DNA from: Lama guanicoe
Taxonomy: Eukaryota
Length of the DNA: 64,000 nt
Assembly (NCBI GenBank): GCA_013239625.1
Contig: MU053881.1
Location: 4,361,957-4,425,956 of the forward strand
Direction: 5' to 3'
The position numbers and the translations under genes were made by a program. Under the pieces are notes generated by a model. That model was not told the DNA's origin and searched no databases. It worked only from the letters and a program-made list of their open reading frames with translations. Of this stretch, positions 50,726 through 64,000 are shown piece by piece (position 1 is the first letter of the stretch; each line of letters begins with the position of its first letter).

Positions 50726-51059
50726 AGGCAGGTGTGAGATAATGCAACATATTTTCAATTTCAGTGGTTCGTCTTAGGGTTGTGGTAAATTCTCTACATG
50801 GAACCGGTATGTAATTCACCTGAGCTTCTGCCTCTGAGCCTTTCTGATTCGTAAAAATCTATGTATCATTTGAAGTGGGATGTAAGCTAATGTTAGATTC
50901 ACTAACATTCCAGTGGGAGGTTGGAAGGGACAGGAACCAGCCTTTGCTGACCACCGACTGAGCACCAGGCTTTTGCAAGATGCTCTCCTGTTCCCATCAT
51001 TGGCCCAGGCAGACCTTTCCACTGAAATCAAAGAAGCTCTGGCATTGGCTACGGCAGGG

Positions 51060-51552
51060 ACAACACTCCCCTATTTCTCTTTGCTAATAGAACCCCTATA
51101 TCATTGCGGGGGTCCACCCACCGAGTATATTTCCCAGCTTCCCTTGCTGTAGAGGGCGGCCAATATGCTATAAGTGGAAATCATTGAGTGGACTTTCTAG
51201 TGGTTTCTTTTTTTGTTTGTTTGTTTTTAATGCTGACTCATCTGAGAGGCACACCCTCTTGCACTTCTCTTTCTCCTTCCGGGTGCCTGGAATGTGGGCG
51301 TGATGGCCAGAGCTGTGGCAGCATTTATGACCACACAATGACCCTGATGGTGGAAGCCACACTCTAAGGACAGCAGAACAAAAAGATGGAAGGAGACTTG
51401 GCTCCTTGGAGGAAATGGCTAGGGAGCCGCCACTCCAGCCCTTGACTGTTTACAGTTTCAGATGAGAGGAAAGTAAAATCTTTATTTTGTTTAAGCCACT
51501 ATTATCCAGGTTTTCTGTTACAGAAGTTGATAAGCCAGTCCTAAGTCATACA
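51060..51552 (+). mobile_element. MLT1J-type MaLR LTR
   Basis: 'tatttcccagcttcccttgc...tgcctggaatgtgggcgtgatggc...agatggaaggag...ttgtttaagccactatt...ggttttctgttac...cctaagtcataca'. Confidence 0.7.
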
Positions 51553-53472
51553 CCTGCATTCTAAGTAAGGTATTTCAGCAGGATTTGGGGATTTCACGTT
51601 AAAATCACCAAGACTCCAGGCTGTCAGAGAAAGATTTTCCCTTATGCTCCTCTTGGTTAAAAAGTTATGAATATGCTTTCCGGAGGAGAGGGGGGTACTA
51701 CAATTTCCTGAGCATCTACTCTACCCCATGCCCTGTACTCTACCCATTATTTGTACTTACCTCACAGTGTATTTGTGAGATGGGGTTATCATCCCATTTT
51801 ACAGATGAAGAAACAGAAGCTCAGACAGATTATCTCACTGTCCAGGGAACACAGCTAGGATTTCAACCCAGACCTGCTGGACCCCCATACTTTTCTGGTT
51901 GCTTTCCCCCATCTCCCAGGTCTAGTCCCAGTTCAGGCAGAAGGTGGGACCAGCCAGACCATTTTGAGGTCCCTGGTTCAGGGTCCCCAGCCCTCACCCA
52001 AATCTTCCAACTGCAGCCACTTGCTGAAGTCTTCTCTATCTCAAGGTGACTAAAGCAGACAGCCCAGCTGGTCCTCTCCCTAACTCACTGCCATCCGCTT
52101 TACTGGCCATCTGGCCCTCATCTCTGTGATTCTCCGGCTGTCCCTCCTCAAGGACCCTCTTAAAGGGACAGAGGCCCTCCTTGGTTTCATAAAAGACTTC
52201 CATCCCTAAATGAATACATTTTCAACCTTGACCACGGGCGAACTTGACACAGACAAGGCTAAAACAGCTAGGATTTCCGGTGGCAGCGGAAGTCTGTTTC
52301 TAACCTCCGAGTACAGCACCCAAAAGGGTTACCTGCTCCAAGCAAACACACTCCCACCCCCGGCAGGAATTCGATCAGAGCAGCCTGACTCCTCGGCAGG
52401 CTCCGAAACTCTCCACTGAAACCTGCTTTATTCTGTTTGAAGCTCTTCTGTCTTTCCCAGGAGAGACTAGAAATACACTCTTTCTAGGAGCTGCTGGAAA
52501 ATTAACCCACATTAGGAGAGACGTAGGTGATGCTGAATTGGGGACAGGAAGGGCCATTTGAAAGAGGGAAAAAAAATGTTCTTTGTAACCAGGACAAGGC
52601 TAAACCTGCCTTCTCTCCATTGGTCCAAATCTGTGCCAGCCTCCCACTGGCATCCGTGGGTGTGCTGAGAACAAGCTATGGATTTCTATAGAGACTGTCA
52701 CCATGGCACTAGGGGCCTTACTCTGCTATTTCAAGGGGGAAGATAATCAAAAGGTCAAAGGAACAAAATCTACCATAGGGCTTTTCAAATGATAAATATT
52801 TATTAATGCTTTAGCAAGCGCCCGGCACTACATTAGATGCCGGCCACGGCGAGATGGGCTGGGGGAACTGACCGGTCTCGCAACCCCTGTGAGTCAAGCT
52901 CAAGGCCAGGCGCTGTCCATCGTGATCTGAGTCCTCTCCCACAACAGTCTTGAAAGGGCAACAGTATCCTCCCCTTTTGTCAAATGGAGGGAAAATGAAG
53001 TTAAGTAACCTGCCCACGTGCATCCAGGAGTTGGAATCAGGAGTGCGATCCTGGGCCAGGTGGAATCCCAGTTGGAAGCAGAGAATCCACGTGGGGGAGA
53101 CTCTGAATAGAAAGTCCGGTTTCGTCTGTTCTCGGAGACGTGGGGTGAGTTAGGGAGCCGACAGGGGTGTTGAGGCAGCTGGGGGTAGTACAGAGGGATC
53201 TTCTCACTTCCTGTTGGCCCGAGGGGCAAGGAAAGAAAACAATGTTACCAGCCCAAGGGGGACTGCAGGTGAGGAAGGGGCTCTGGGCTTGGAGCAGACA
53301 GGAGTTGGGCAGAGAGTGGATGGGAAAGGGACGGCAAATGGAGAGTCACCAGCACAGCGACACCTACTGACCGCACCCGGGTCATGGTCTCCCCGCTGGG
53401 TGGTACCCAGCCCCATCCCAGCAGCTGAGGATGGGACAAGTGGGGATGCAGTCCTGTAGGAACTGGGGATTA

Positions 53473-53900
53473 CTGTGCTTATTCTGGTTAACCACCACCA
53501 AACCTGGTGGCTCGCACTAACAAGCATTTTTTTTCTTGCTCATGAATCTGAGGACAAATCGTGCCCCTGCTGGAGTTGCCTGGGCTTGGCTCCAGGCTCC
53601 GCGTTGACCTGGGTCTGCGCCATGGATTCCTCATCCCGTGTGGACCAGGAGACAGGATTTTCTCATCTCAGATGACAGGCGCACAGAAGACTAAAACCAC
53701 ATGGGCACATTTAGACCCTCTGCTTCCCTGGTGTCCATCCACATCCCATCGGTCAGTGCAAGTCTGTTGATTGAGCCCCAAAACAGTGAGTGCCAGGGGA
53801 AGGTACATTCCAGCCACTCTGCTGAGAAGCACTGAAAACACATGAATTAAGGGGACAATGTATAATTCTGTTATATGGGAATGAAGAATTAGAAGCAATA
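53473..53900 (-). mobile_element. Old MaLR LTR (MLT1H/I-like)
   Basis: 'aaccaccaccaaacctggtggctc...aacaagcatttttttcttgctcatgaatctg...cacatcccatcggtcagtgcaagtc...gagcccc'. Confidence 0.5.
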
Positions 53901-56900
53901 TTTTAATCTACCCTCTTCTCCGAAGGAAAATAAAATGTTCATCCCAAAAGAGGAACAGATGTAGGTTAAAAACAACCCAGGTCCACCACAGTGGTCTCAT
54001 ACAGTACTCATCTGCGTGAGCTGGAGAAGTTTTGTGGGGGCAGTGAGACTATGTTTGCCGGATTCCTTACTGTCTTTGGGTCAAAAGTGCTGGCCAGTGG
54101 CAGAGGCTAGAGGGAGCCAGGTCTCCAGTGGGGACTTTGGGACTCTGAACTCAACAGTGTCCTGTTCATGATAGTTATGAACGTCATGATGATCACATTC
54201 TGGAAATGACAAAGGTAGAGGTCATAGCCCAACTCGGGGTCTGGAAATACTCAGAACCGCAAGCTATTGTGAACGCCACGTGTGAGAGACTGGATCCCAT
54301 CACACGATGTTCACAGGGTAGTTGTAGGTCCTGCCCAATGGGACTCGAAACTTGACCCCAGGGGCGCCAGATTGGGGAGTTTCACTTACTTCTGTGCTTC
54401 TAACTATGGCCCCTCTCTGGGCCTCAGCTGCTTCACCAGCAGAATGGGGCTAATAAGCCTGCTTTGGAGAGATGGGGTGAGGATTTTGAACTGAGCTGTG
54501 TGAGGATTCTGAGCTCGGTTATGTGAGCCAAGCCTGAAGTCTACAAGGTGCTCAATGTACATGGGTGCCTGCACACCTCTGCCTAGGGGTTCCAGCTGAC
54601 TCCAAGCTGATGCTGCACTGGGTGCGCCCAGCAGGGAAGCTGAGAGTAAGTGCTCACTATGGAAGGTGACAAGCCTGTCACACCTGCGCTCTAGCCTTCC
54701 TCTGTAGTGGCCCATTCAATGTCAGGCATCCTGCATAAAAGGGGAGTTTGATAAAGGGTAGCAGATCCAGGAGGAATCCCAGGAAAGGGAAGGCAACTCA
54801 ACATCCTTTCTAACAAGAAGACGAAAGGAATCACGGATCTTTAGTGAGGTCACAGTCATCACGCCAAACATTTGCCAGAATGGTGTTAGAAGCGATGCCT
54901 TCTATCTCAGGAACATGGCACTCAACTCTGGATCCATTGCTGGAGGCGATTGGATGCAAATGGCTGGCTGTGAATTTGGGCTCAAAGTGGGGAGGAACTT
55001 TGAACCCATCACTGTGGCCTGAGTTTGGAATGCGCCACCTTATCGTGGGGCTTGGGTCAGACACGCCTTGATCAAATCCTGGCTTAGCTGCTGACTCCCC
55101 GTGCGACCTTGGGCAAACACATCGTCCACTTTTCTGGCTTTTGCCTGGGTCAGAGTTTTGCTCGCATAAAATGCTAAGGAAGGGGTAACAGATGGCAAAG
55201 ATTCTCTGACTCTGCCTGCCAAGAAGACTCGCTCCCCTCTCCAGAACCAGGGAGGAGGCAGAAGCCGTAGGAGGGGAATCGTTGCCGTCCTTGACACCAG
55301 GGGAGAATGAGACAAGGTGAGGGTCATTGCTTACTGCCCGCCTCCCTGCAAAACTGCGGACTTTCAGGGGAGAGGAAGGGGGAGGGCGCGGTTTGCCTGT
55401 TTGGGCTGTCCCTCCGGAACCTAGCACTAGACCTGACATCATGACGACTTTGATCAATACTGGAAAGAAAGAACGAGGGAGGGAGGGAAGATGAGGGAGA
55501 ACATTCCATGTGCTCTGTGCTCCTCTTTTACAGAATCTAATCTTCCTACGACTCTGATAAACTGGGGATTACCACCCCTCATTTTAAGCAGAAATTGCAC
55601 TTAGCAAATTGCTTTCTGCCATTTTTGAAGACTTGGGCAAGTTACTTAACTTCTCTGTGCCTCACTTTCCTCATCTGAAAAATGGAGGTGATGATAATAA
55701 CATCCAGCTCGCAGATTTGTTAAGTGAGTACTCTGTCGGCACGCGATAAATCCTGTCTAAATATTAGCTATTATTATCACATTGAAAAGGGAGCTTTGGG
55801 ACTCAGAACCCGGTATCTGATTGGAAGAGTTTTTTCCTTCCATGCCGTGTACCTGTACAAACAAATATTTAAGTGGTTCCATCACCACAATCAATGCCTG
55901 ATATATGAATTAATTTTCAGCTCTCTTTCTTCTCCCCAGTTGAAGCCTGAGCACAGGTCTGATAAACCACAGCTGTCTATGTGGCTCTCAGCCGGATATT
56001 TTTGGAGGATGGTGAAAATGAGGCGCACAGCAGAGGAGGGAAAATCACTCTCATAAAAGAGCACCAAAGCAATAAACACAGATGATGGGATTCGTGAGGA
56101 TGACAACCACCAGAGTCCATGAATATTTGATCAGGTCGGCTTCTGGGAGTGTGGTCTGGAATTTTCAGGCAGGCTGTGGTTCCGGCTTGCAAGTAATATA
56201 CACGCGGAAATGAAACTGACTCCTGCACCTGGGCAGCCCTTCCACCTGAGGTTTCTGCCGTGCCAACTCGAAGCAGGTGGTGCGTCAGCCAAAGAGACCA
56301 AGGGCCACCACCCCCTCCTCGAGTGCCCCACATGGCCAGTGGCTCCCCTGGCACTGATCTGAGATGACGCCATTAACAAGGGCCAAAAGCCACTCAGCCT
56401 GCTAGGGAGGAGCTGGGGCAGTGTGTGAAGCGACCTCCAAGCTCCAAGCTGTCCTCCAGCCTCTCTCAGGGGCAGGTCTGGGAGCAGCTCAGGTTTCTGG
56501 CTGCTGGGGCCTCTCTAAGCAGATCCCGTTACAGGGACACTCAACTGGGAGAGGCCAGCCTTAGGCGCTCTGGATCCTGGGGTGAGAGCCTGGCAATGGG
56601 GCCTGCCAGTGTCCACGCCTGCATCCAGGCCTGTTGCTGCTACCTAGAGCTGCCCTTAAGAAGGAGTGCTTGGTTTGAATCCTAGATCTGCCCCTTTCTA
56701 GTTCCGGGACTTGAGCAAATCACTTAGCCTCTCTGAGCCTCAGGTTCCTCACCTGTAAGTGTGAGGACGTTAAAATGTGCAGCTCTTGCATTCATTAGGA
56801 GACTGGGGATACAAGCCACGCAAAAATGTTTTGCACAGGGCTTGGCCCCCCTTGAGTGTTTAATGGATCTGAGCTCCTTTTATCATTTCTTCCCATTGCT

Positions 56901-58865
56901 GCTATTCAGAGTGGCTCCTAGGAGACAGAGGCCTGCACTGTATGGGCCAAGGTCATCTCTGTTAGACCAAAATGAGGCACTGAGATAGCTTAGTGTCCAA
57001 CCGTTTCTTAGGGACTGAGACCGTGGGGCCCACCAGATAAGCAACTTCCCCCAGGTCACCCAGGTAGCTGGTGGCAGAGCTGAGCCTGAATCCAGGCCTT
57101 CTGAGTCCCCCCCCATCCTCTCCTCACTGCACTATCCAGCACACAGAATGTTTGCACATGTATTTTCTCCCATCATGCCAGGCTGCTGCAGGCCCACATC
57201 TGAAGCCCCATGCAGAACAAAGGGAATCGGGTCCACGCAGCCTCGTCTCATTTGCCTTTGTCCTTTTCTCTCGCCGTGCATTCTGGGAAGCTCCTCTGAG
57301 CTCTAGGAAGCCTTGGCAATTAACAGCCTTCTGACAGACTTCTTAATATCCGAAGAAAATCAGCGCAGGCAACCTCTCCCGGATTTCAACATGCCCTTAG
57401 AGTTCAGCCCTGAGCCTCAGGAACATCGCTGTTTCTCACTCTCTCCGTTTCAAAGGAGAGCTGGAGAAACATACCTGCCTCTGGCTTCTTTTTGTGAAAG
57501 TTAACGCAAATGCTCGTGGCACAGGGGCTTTCTCCTCAAAGGAGGAGAGGACACCGAGCTTGATGCTAAAACATGAAGGTCGCCCAGGTTATTATGCATG
57601 TTATTTTTTCCATAAACCTGAACTGAATTGTAGTCCAGACAAAACAATGTTCGCCTAAAAACAAAACCAAACAAAACACCTAAACCTGTAAGCCACGAGA
57701 TACAGGATGGGGGCAGGGGGAGGGGCGCAGGAGGCACAGGCTTCGACCTCAGCCTGAGTTTGAGCCCCAGCTCTGCCATGCACTGGCCCTGAGACGTCGA
57801 CCACATCACTGTGCGTCTCTGGACCTCAGTCTTCTTATCTGAAAAATAGGGACAACACTGCCCACCTCCAAGGCTCTCTGTCAGGTGTAAAATGAGACGA
57901 TGTATGAAAAGTCCCGGACACAGGAGATACACAGTCAATAAAAGCCTTCATTAAGCGTGAGTGTCACCGTGGGGTAATTCCCCGGTGGCCTTTAAAGCAG
58001 AATCTCAGGATGGTTCTGCTGCTGGGACAATCCTTGGGAAAAAATCACTGAACCTCATTTTCCAGATGCGGAGACTGGAGTCCAGAGAGGTAAATTAGGA
58101 GGGAAGTAAGAAACAAAGCTGGAAATGACACAGAAAGCCTGTTCCAGGGCCAGTACTGCTGACCGAGGGGCCGGAGAGGGACAGACAGCCTGATCAGGAT
58201 TTTGGGGACTTATTTACAAAGCCACACCCTACAACTTGGACGCCCGTGGCATCAGCCAACTGCACCAGTTTTCAAGGCGGTGGGCGGACGGGCTGATCAG
58301 CAGAAGGAGTCTTTCGGTCAGCTTCCTTGCCGTGAAGCGAGCATAACACCGCCACCCCAGGCTCACTGTAAAGACAAATACTGTGTGGCATTTAAGAGCT
58401 GCAGACTCATCCGAGAAGCAGGCACTGTGCCCAGGGTTCCCCAAACATTCGCTCATTGGTCCCCTCACCGCCACGGGAGGCAGGACCCATCGTCTCCTCC
58501 GGTTTGAGAGACAGAGAAACTGAGTCTCGTGGAGATGAAATACCCGACTCGAGGTCACCCAGCCGCTAAGCGGGAGGAAGAGTGGGGCCTGGACCCCGGT
58601 CTGACTGTCAGACTTCCGGGTTCTCTGGGCTTGCTCCTGGTGCCGTTCCCACAAAGAAACAGCCCGAAGTTGGTCAAAGGCGAAATGCCGGTTTGCGTGT
58701 GCGTGTTCAGAAAGATGTCCACGACACAGTGTTAAGGAAAAAAAGCAAGTGGTTCTGAGAGTTGTATATACTAATCCATCTTTGTTTGAAAAATAAAGGT
58801 ACACACATGTTCAGAGATACTCTAAAAAGATGTTCAGGAGGCTATTAACAGTGATTATTCTAGAG

Positions 58866-59075
58866 CGACAGTTCTCAGCAGGGGTGATTTTGCCCCCCAG
58901 ATGCATCTGACAAAGTCTGGAGATGTCTTTGGTTGTCACAGTTTGTCTGGGGGGGGTGCCACTTACAGAGCCCCAGGATGGTTCTTCTGCTCAGATCTAG
59001 TGGGTGGAGGTCAAAGATGCACAGAGCAGCCCTACAACGAAGAATTATCTGGCTCCAAAGGAGAAACCCTGCTGG
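58866..59075. mobile_element. MER20 hAT-Charlie element
   Basis: 'cagttctcagcaggggtgattttgccccccag...tctggagatgtctttggttgtcaca...atctagtgggtggagg...acaacgaagaattatctggctccaaa...gagaaaccctg'. Confidence 0.8.
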
Positions 59076-60156
59076 AGAGATGAGGGCTCTGGAACCTGGG
59101 GACGAAGACTTATTTTTAATATCCTGCTTCTCTGATATTTGAATGTGTTACATTAACAGGAAGAGCAGCAACAAACTCTGCCCACTGTCAGCTACGAGAT
59201 CAGGCGTATGAAGCGCCAGCACGGAATAGGTGCTCAAAGGGTGTTCTTTGCACGAGCTTCGGTTTCCGCATCTGTGGAAGTGGGTGTGCTGACGCTGGCT
59301 CTCAGGGGGCGGCTGCAAGGCTCATGTAAGACAAAATGTACCAGGTCGAGGGCAACCCACAGCTCAGTGCGCTGTGGTCACTCTTCAGGGACAAGCAGAA
59401 GCAGCCCCAGCAACGCTCCGGGTGTGTCTGAGGGCAGGACCAGCAGAGTCGGAGATGAGCAACAGCAGCTTGTGCCACTGTCAGAGGCAAAGCGATGGGG
59501 GGCTCCAGGGTGGATCCCTGGAAAAACAGCCCCGTGGGCAGCCTGCCAGAACCCACTGCAGGAACAGAGGACAGAGGCTCGTTCAGCACAGAACAGAGGG
59601 CTCCGCGCGGAGGGGGCCCAGCTGGTGACTACGCACGCGCGTGAGAGCCCCCACCTGCCCATTTCAGCAAAGCAGGTCCAATAGTTTGGGGAAAAAAATT
59701 TTTTTCTTTCCTCCTAACTAGCTGACAATAAAAACCTAATATAAGGATACTTACCACTGATTCTTATATAAATATTTCATACATATGTTTTCCTACCTCA
59801 TGCTCATAGCACCCAAGAACATAGCAACCATGATTTTACAGGTGGAGAAACAGAGGTGAGAGTCCCACAGTTCAAGGTCAGTCATTCAGGCCCCGGTGGT
59901 CTGACTGAGGCTGACTCTGAGTCACTGTCCTGCCTGCGGGGGCAGCTGCCCCATATCCCTTCTGTTACTGGTTTCTCTTCTGCTGAAGATCAAGTGTCTC
60001 CACCCACCTTCCAGACCAGGGACACTTCTGAAAGATACACCCTGAGTTTGAATAGCCACATCCTTGTCTGAGACACAAGACACAGGAGCCCCATTGCTAA
60101 AAATCAACTTAGCATCCTGTGGCACTGAAGCTGACTTTGCTGGGTCCCTGTGAGAC

Positions 60157-60298
60157 AAGGCTGCCAGGTGACACACAGGACACCCTGCTAACTGTCCCAT
60201 GCAAAGAGTCCTGGGCTTAAACTATACAATTATTTGTTGTTTCTCTAAAATTCAAATTTAATCAGGTATCTAATGTTTTTGTTTGCCAAAATCGAGAA
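60157..60298. mobile_element. MER53-like MITE remnant
   Basis: 'ggctgccag...acaggacaccc...aattatttgttgtttctctaaaattcaaatttaa'. Confidence 0.5.
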
Positions 60299-60629
60299 CT
60301 CCACCATCGGAGCGAGGAGATTAACTGTTCCCTCTGTCCCAGGGAACCAGTCTCATCCGAGAAAGAGTCTGCATTTGTTTTTCACAAGAGCTCTTACTCA
60401 CTTACCAAGGATGCTTGGAGTCTGGGGGAGGCTGAGGGGGTCCCTGCCCCTGACAGTTCCTCAGGCTAGTTGGAGGGACTTTTCTGGGAGCTGTCTGGAG
60501 CAGGCACATGGAGGAGAAGGGGTTGAGAGCAGAAGGCAGAAACTACCGGAGTATAAGTTTCAGAGACCCTCTTTGCCACTGGCTCCATCTGAGACCCTCC
60601 TTCAGGTTTGTAAAAGTTTACTTTCTTTT

Positions 60630-62720
60630 CCTTCTTTCTTTTTTTAAAGACTTTATTTTTCTAGAGCAGCTTAGGTTTACAACAACAGTGAGACGGAAGT
60701 TTTTCCTGTATAACCCCTGTCTCTACATGTGAGTGGCCTCCCTCCCCTGTTATTAACACCACTCCCCAGAGGGGTACATTTGTTATCAAGGATAAACTTA
60801 CACTGACACATCATAATCCCCTGAAGTCCATTGTTGAGATTACAGTTCACCCCTGGTGGTGTACATTGTACGGGTCTGGACGAATGTCTAACGACCTGTA
60901 TCCATCATTATAATATCCTACACAGTATTTTTGTTCCCCTAAAAATTCTCTGTGTTCCACCTAACCCTGGCATCACCCCCTTCCCCCAAACCCTGGCAAC
61001 CACTTTTTATTGTCTTCATAGTTCTGCCTTTTCCAGAATGGCATATATTTGGAGTCATACAGTATGTTTTCTTTTCAGATTGGCTTCTTTCACTTAGGAA
61101 TATGCATTTAAGGCTCTTCCTTGTCTTTTCAAGGCTTGCCAGCTCATTTCTTTTTAGGGATGAACAATATTCCATTATCTGGATGTAATGCAATTTATTT
61201 ATCCGTTCACCTGCTGAAGGACATCTAGGCTGCTCCCAAGTTTTGACAATTATGAATAAAGCTGCTATAAACATCTGTGTGCAAATTTCTGTGTGTTTTC
61301 AACTCCTGTGGACAAACACCAAGGAGCAGAGCTGCTGGACTGCACAGTAAAAGAGTATGCCTGGTTTTGCAGCAAATTGCCAAACTGTCTTCCAAAGTGG
61401 ATGTGCCATTTTGCACTCCCGCCAGCAACATAAGAGAGTGCCTGTTGCCCCACATCCTCCCCAGCACTTGGTGTTGTCTGTTTGAGTTTTTAGCCGTTCT
61501 AATTGGTGTACAGTGGCACATCACAGCTGTTTTAAGGTGCATTTTCCTAACAACTTGGGATGTAGAGCATCTTTTCATACGCTTATTTGTCATCTGTGTA
61601 TCTTCTTTGCTCAGGTGTCTGTTAAGGTCTTTGCCCCATTTTTTTTTTTTAGTCAGTTTGTGTGCTTTCTTACTGTTGAGTCCTAAGACTTCTGTGTGTC
61701 TTCTGGATAACAGTCCTTCATCAGATGTGTGTTTTGCAAGTATCTTCTCCCAGTCTGTGGCTTGTCCCCTAACTCCCTGGATGCTGTCTTTTGCAGAGCA
61801 GAGTTTTTCATTTTAGCGAAGTCCAGGTTGTCAGCTGTGTCTCTGATGGTCATGCCTTTGGTGTTGTGTCTAAAGAGGTTTCACCATACCCAAGGGCATC
61901 TCGGTTTTCTCCTCTATTAACTTCTAGGAGTTTTATAGCTTTGGTTTATGACCCACTTCGGGTTAATTTTTGGGAAGGGTGTAAGGTCTATGTCTAGATT
62001 CATTTTTTTGTACATGGATGAGCAGTTTCCAGCACCGTCTGTTGAGCAGAGTACCTTTGCTCCATTGTCTGCCTTTGTTCCTTTTTCAAAAAATGGCTTC
62101 GCTGTATTTATGTGGGGCTGCTTCTGGGCTCTCTGTTCTGTTCCACTGATCAATTTGTCTGTTCCCTTGCCGATACCACACTGTCTTGATTACTTTGCAG
62201 CTTTATAGCAAGCCTGGAAGTTGGGTAGTGTCAACCTTCCAACTTTTTTTTCCCCTTCAATACTGTGTTGGTTATTCTGGGTCTTTTGTCTCTTCATATA
62301 AACTTCAGAATCATTTTGTTGAGATCCACAAAATAACGTGCTAGGATTTTAATCGGGACTGCATTAAACCTATAGATCCATTTGGGAAGAACTGACATTT
62401 TGACAATATTCATTTACTTGTTTTTTTTTATTTTGTGCATCAGTTTTGTCATTTTTCTCATATGATCTTGAACATATTTTGTTAGACTTATACCTAAGTG
62501 TTTCATTCTGGCGGGGTGCTCATGTAAATGGTATTATGTTTTTAACTTCAAATTTTACTTGCTCATTTTCCTATATATAGGAAAGCAACTGACTTGTTTT
62601 TAATCTATGCTTTTTTTTTCATAGAAGTATAGTCAATTTACAATGCTATGTTAAAGCAATTGGCTTTTATACATTAATCTTATGTCCTGCGATCTGCTGT
62701 ACTTGCTTATTAATTCCAGG
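60630..62720 (-). mobile_element. L1MC/MB-type LINE, 3' UTR plus 3' part of ORF2
   Basis: ORF 60939-61274 (FIAALFIIVKTWEQPRCPS) and ORF 61225-61593 (KRCSTSQVVRKMHLKTAVMCHCTPIR) are L1 ORF2 C-terminal remnants; typical antisense L1 DNA throughout. Confidence 0.9.
62596..62652 (-). mobile_element. Minute L1 3'-end insertion nested in older L1
   Basis: 'ttttttttcatagaagtatagtcaatttacaatgctatgtt' flanked by aaagcaactgactt (62582) / aaagcaattggctt (62653). Confidence 0.65.
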
Positions 62721-63465
62721 ATGGATGCTCTTTCTCAGATAGGGGCCACGGATTGTATAGACCTCAGGGTCCACCAAACCTGGATTGGGTCCTGGCTGAG
62801 AAGGAAGCCCCTCCTTAATCTGGGAGACCAGTGGTTGATGCTACGTGTCCAGCCCGGAGCACACCTAGCCCTCACCCCAAGGAGGAAACTGAAGCCCAGA
62901 GTGATGGAGTGCCTCCCTCAACATCACACAGCTGGGAAGTGGGCAGAGAAAGGCCTTGAACCCAGGTTGAGTTTCCTCCTTGCTGGAAGAGCAGTGTTCA
63001 GGGCCCTGCTTTCCCGTGGGACTTGCGGGAAGGAGAGAGTCTGTTCCCTGAGGGTCCCTGCTGGTTCAAGCACTTCAGGAAGGGACCGACCCCTCAGGGA
63101 GAGCCAGGGTCCTAGTCAGGGCCGGAGCAGGAGGGCATTCTAGAATCACAAATGAAAGTTACAGAATTATGTTCAACAACTAAAAATACCATCAAGCAGC
63201 CATTTTGTGCCAGGCACGGTTGCTAGGAGACTTCACAAGCATAATTTCATTGAACCCTCACAGCAGGCCTGCGAGGCCAGTTTGATTTTGAGCAGTGTTT
63301 GGCAGATGAGAGAACCAAGGCTCAAAGAGATGGTGTGGGTGCCCGAGGACACCCTGTGGGTAAGCAGACCTGGGATTTGAGGCCAGGTGTTCTGAGAGAA
63401 GGGAAGAGACTGGAGAGTCAGGAGAGAGATGGTACCGGGCTGCTGCAGGGGTAGGCGAGGGCTGC

Positions 63466-63951
63466 TGTGTTAGTTTCCTAGGGCTGCTGTAAAAACGGTC
63501 GCAAACCTAGTGGCCAGAACAATGCAGATGTAATACCTTACACTTCCGGAGGTCAGAAGCCCAAGTGGGTCTCACTGGGCTGCAATCAAGGCAGTGGCTG
63601 AGCTGTGTTCCTTCCGGAAGATTTAGGGGAGAATCCAATCCCTTTCTTTTCCAGTTCGTCAAGGTCACCTGTGTCTCTTCGCTTATGGCCTCTTCCTCCA
63701 TCTCCAAAGCCAGTAGCATAGCATCTTCTAACCTCTCTCTGACGCTCACTTTCTACCTCCTTCTTCCATATTTTAAGGACCCTTGTAATAACTAGGTCCA
63801 CCCCAAATAATTCAGGATCACCTCCCCAGCTCAAGATCCTTAACTTCATCACATCTGTAAAATCCCTTTTGCCACATAAGGCAATGTATTCATAAGTTTA
63901 GGGAACTGGGACATGGACATCTTTAGAGGGGACACTATTCTGGCTACCACA
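63466..63951 (-). mobile_element. MLT1D/C-type MaLR LTR
   Basis: 'tgtgttagtttcctagggctgctgtaa...ggaggtcagaag...aaggacccttgtaat...ctcaagatccttaact...cccttttgccacataag...ggacatggacatcttt...tattctggctaccaca'. Confidence 0.85.
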
Positions 63952-64000
63952 ACTTCCTTGGCCTGCTGTGGGCTCTGCCTCTGTTCTAGAGGTAGGGGTG

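Noticed and set aside
52909..52930. REST/RE1 site (GGCGCTGTCC...)
   Set aside because: Only one half matches; the GGTGCTGAA half is poorly matched.
60831..62208. Cluster of ORFs up to 179 aa
   Set aside because: All lie within an old L1; the peptides are ORF2 remnants or antisense frames.

Overview
Mammalian, GC-rich, apparently non-coding (intergenic or deep-intronic) DNA. It is most likely camelid (alpaca/llama/camel), judged from five copies of a tRNA-derived Vic-1-like SINE plus artiodactyl-type L1 3' ends and a Tigger1 derivative. I can support no protein-coding gene: the ORF track is explained by repeats, low complexity and chance. The window is a mosaic of old transposons (many MIR and L2, L1M, MLT1/MER21 LTRs, MER20/53/58/94, Tigger1, one CR1/L3 relic), interleaved with repeat-free blocks that look like enhancers, plus one small orphan CpG-island promoter at about 2.4-2.7 kb. 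The most striking structure is a near-perfect head-to-tail 2,625-bp tandem duplication (10632-13255 / 13257-15880). All nine differences I found between the copies are transitions with the same polarity (A/T upstream, G/C downstream). Other notable items are an L1 ORF2 internal fragment lacking both ends, a SINE with an atypical tail, and several nested insertions with intact target-site duplications. Repeat subfamily names come from recall of consensus sequences, not from a database search. I found no convincing novel protein-coding system.
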